DNA of 64,000 nucleotides from Promethearchaeota archaeon (GTDB lineage Archaea; Asgardarchaeota; Hermodarchaeia; Hermodarchaeales; Hermodarchaeaceae): NCBI GenBank assembly GCA_048939625.1, contig JBHLPH010000007.1, positions 30,766 to 94,765 of the forward strand, read 5' to 3'. Shown piece by piece: positions 62,846 to 64,000 of this stretch (position 1 is its first letter; each line of letters starts with the position of its first letter). The notes under the pieces were generated by a model. It saw only the letters and a program-made list of their open reading frames with translations, ran no database searches and was not told where the DNA came from. The position numbers and the translations under genes were made by a program.

Positions 62846-64000
62846 CTAGCTGAACGCAGCTTTGACCTTACGTCCAATTTCTTGTCCATATTCAAAGCAG
62901 CGCTTTAAATCTTCCTCGCTAGGACGAAACCGCACATCTAATGGATCCATCACTTCACCAAATTTGAATTCCTTCAATTGCTCGGTGAGAACCCGCGTCG
63001 CACCACCACCCCAACCATATGACCCGAAGGCCGCACCGATTTTGTTAGTGGGGCGAAGATGTTTGATATATGGCATGAACGCAGCTGTGGGATAGTACGG
63101 ATCGATGTTATACGTCATGGCACCAACCACAATGGCTTTCGCTTCCATAGCAGCCCCTTGAACACGGCTGTGGTATTCTCGTTCAAGATCATAGATTTCA
63201 GCAGGAACACCGACGCTGGCAATGCCTTCACGAATGGCTTCTGCCATACGTTTAGTACTCTTCCAAATTGTTGAATAAACCACTACAGCCTGTTCCTGTT
63301 CAGGATTACTGGACCAACGATGATAGATCTCAGTAATTTGGTCAATGTTCTTTCGCCAAATCGGTCCATGCGAAGGGCAGATAATCTTGATGGGGACTCC
63401 TTCCACTTTCTTAAAGGCATTTAACACAGACTTTGCGTGGAATCGTACGATGTAGCTGTAATAGGCCCGGAGCGGTTCATACCAATCTTCAATTTGATCG
63501 GCAAACCGGTAGGGTGTGGCAATCTGCATGCCAAAAGCATCATTACTGAACACTAGCTGTTCCTCAGGCATATAGCTGATCATGGTATCCGGCCAATGGA
63601 CCATGGGAATTTTCACGAAGGTCAAGGACCGTTTACCTAAGCTTAGGCTGCCACCGTCCTCCACAATTTCAAAAGGAAACTCGACGCCCGGATAGCTTTC
63701 TTTCATAAATTCAGCACCTTTCTCAGAAGTGATGATTTTGGCCTTCGGCATAACATCCAGTAAATCTTTGTAGGCTGTGGAGTGGTCAGGCTCAGCGTGC
63801 TGACAAATGATATAATCAATTTTTGCGGGGTCAATAATCGTGCGGATACGGTCCAAGAGCTCCTCAGTAAAGTTAGGAGCCACCGTATCAATGAGGGTGA
63901 CTTTTTCGTCATTAATCAAATAAGCGTTATAGGTGCCACCTTTTGGCGTCCAGAGGCCATGGAAGTCTCGGAGCATCCAGTCAATCGCACCTACCCAATA
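62846..64000 (-). CDS. fprA: flavodiiron protein (A-type flavoprotein), 5' end beyond window
   Basis: YWVGAIDW at window edge, YNAYL, HAEPDH, HWPDTM, NDAFG, PSHG, flavodoxin FGSYGWGG. Confidence 0.95.
   Translation of the reverse strand, partial: YWVGAIDWMLRDFHGLWTPKGGTYNAYLINDEKVTLIDTVAPNFTEELLDRIRTIIDPAKIDYIICQHAEPDHSTAYKDLLDVMPKAKIITSEKGAEFMKESYPGVEFPFEIVEDGGSLSLGKRSLTFVKIPMVHWPDTMISYMPEEQLVFSNDAFGMQIATPYRFADQIEDWYEPLRAYYSYIVRFHAKSVLNAFKKVEGVPIKIICPSHGPIWRKNIDQITEIYHRWSSNPEQEQAVVVYSTIWKSTKRMAEAIREGIASVGVPAEIYDLEREYHSRVQGAAMEAKAIVVGAMTYNIDPYYPTAAFMPYIKHLRPTNKIGAAFGSYGWGGGATRVLTEQLKEFKFGEVMDPLDVRFRPSEEDLKRCFEYGQEIGRKVKAAFS

Noticed and set aside
1-64000. tRNA, rRNA, IS transposase, integrase or provirus genes; the remaining short antisense ORFs in the track
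   Set aside because: No cloverleaf/T-loop, rRNA or recombinase motifs were recognised by eye; the short ORFs overlap well-supported genes and lack motifs.

Overview
A gene-dense, moderately AT-rich archaeal chromosome segment, very probably from an Asgard archaeon. The evidence is a Rab-like small GTPase, a longin+DENN (folliculin-like) protein, a C4HC3 PHD/RING-like finger, the archaeal thiolase/HMG-CoA synthase/DUF35 trio, TATA-box promoters and GGTGA/GGAGG ribosome-binding sites. The left part (1-20.5 kb) holds lipid-carrier, tRNA-thiolation and nucleoside/purine-salvage genes (two BMP paralogs, a nucleoside ABC transporter, two purine PRTases, MtnA). The middle holds polymer-degrading enzymes (PLD, GH38, GH35, M42, M28, a caspase-like peptidase). 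The right part holds amino-acid metabolism, a radical SAM/GNAT pair, a penicillin acylase, the mevalonate entry complex and FprA. Most notable: (i) a co-oriented cluster at 35.2-40.2 kb of a folliculin-like longin-DENN protein, an uncharacterised 3-gene AAA+/wHTH operon whose promoter carries five AATGA repeats at exact 10-bp spacing, a Rab-like GTPase and a helical protein; (ii) a pseudo-histidine kinase plus pseudo-receiver pair next to a PPP phosphatase; (iii) a secreted FN3/DNRLRE protein with two amphipathic beta-hairpins (candidate pore-former) behind a structured 5' leader; (iv) a 55-aa PHD/RING-like gene and apparent ATA/ATC-initiated genes that the ORF track misses or truncates. No tRNA, rRNA, CRISPR array or transposase was seen. 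All family assignments come from motif recognition by eye, not from database searches.
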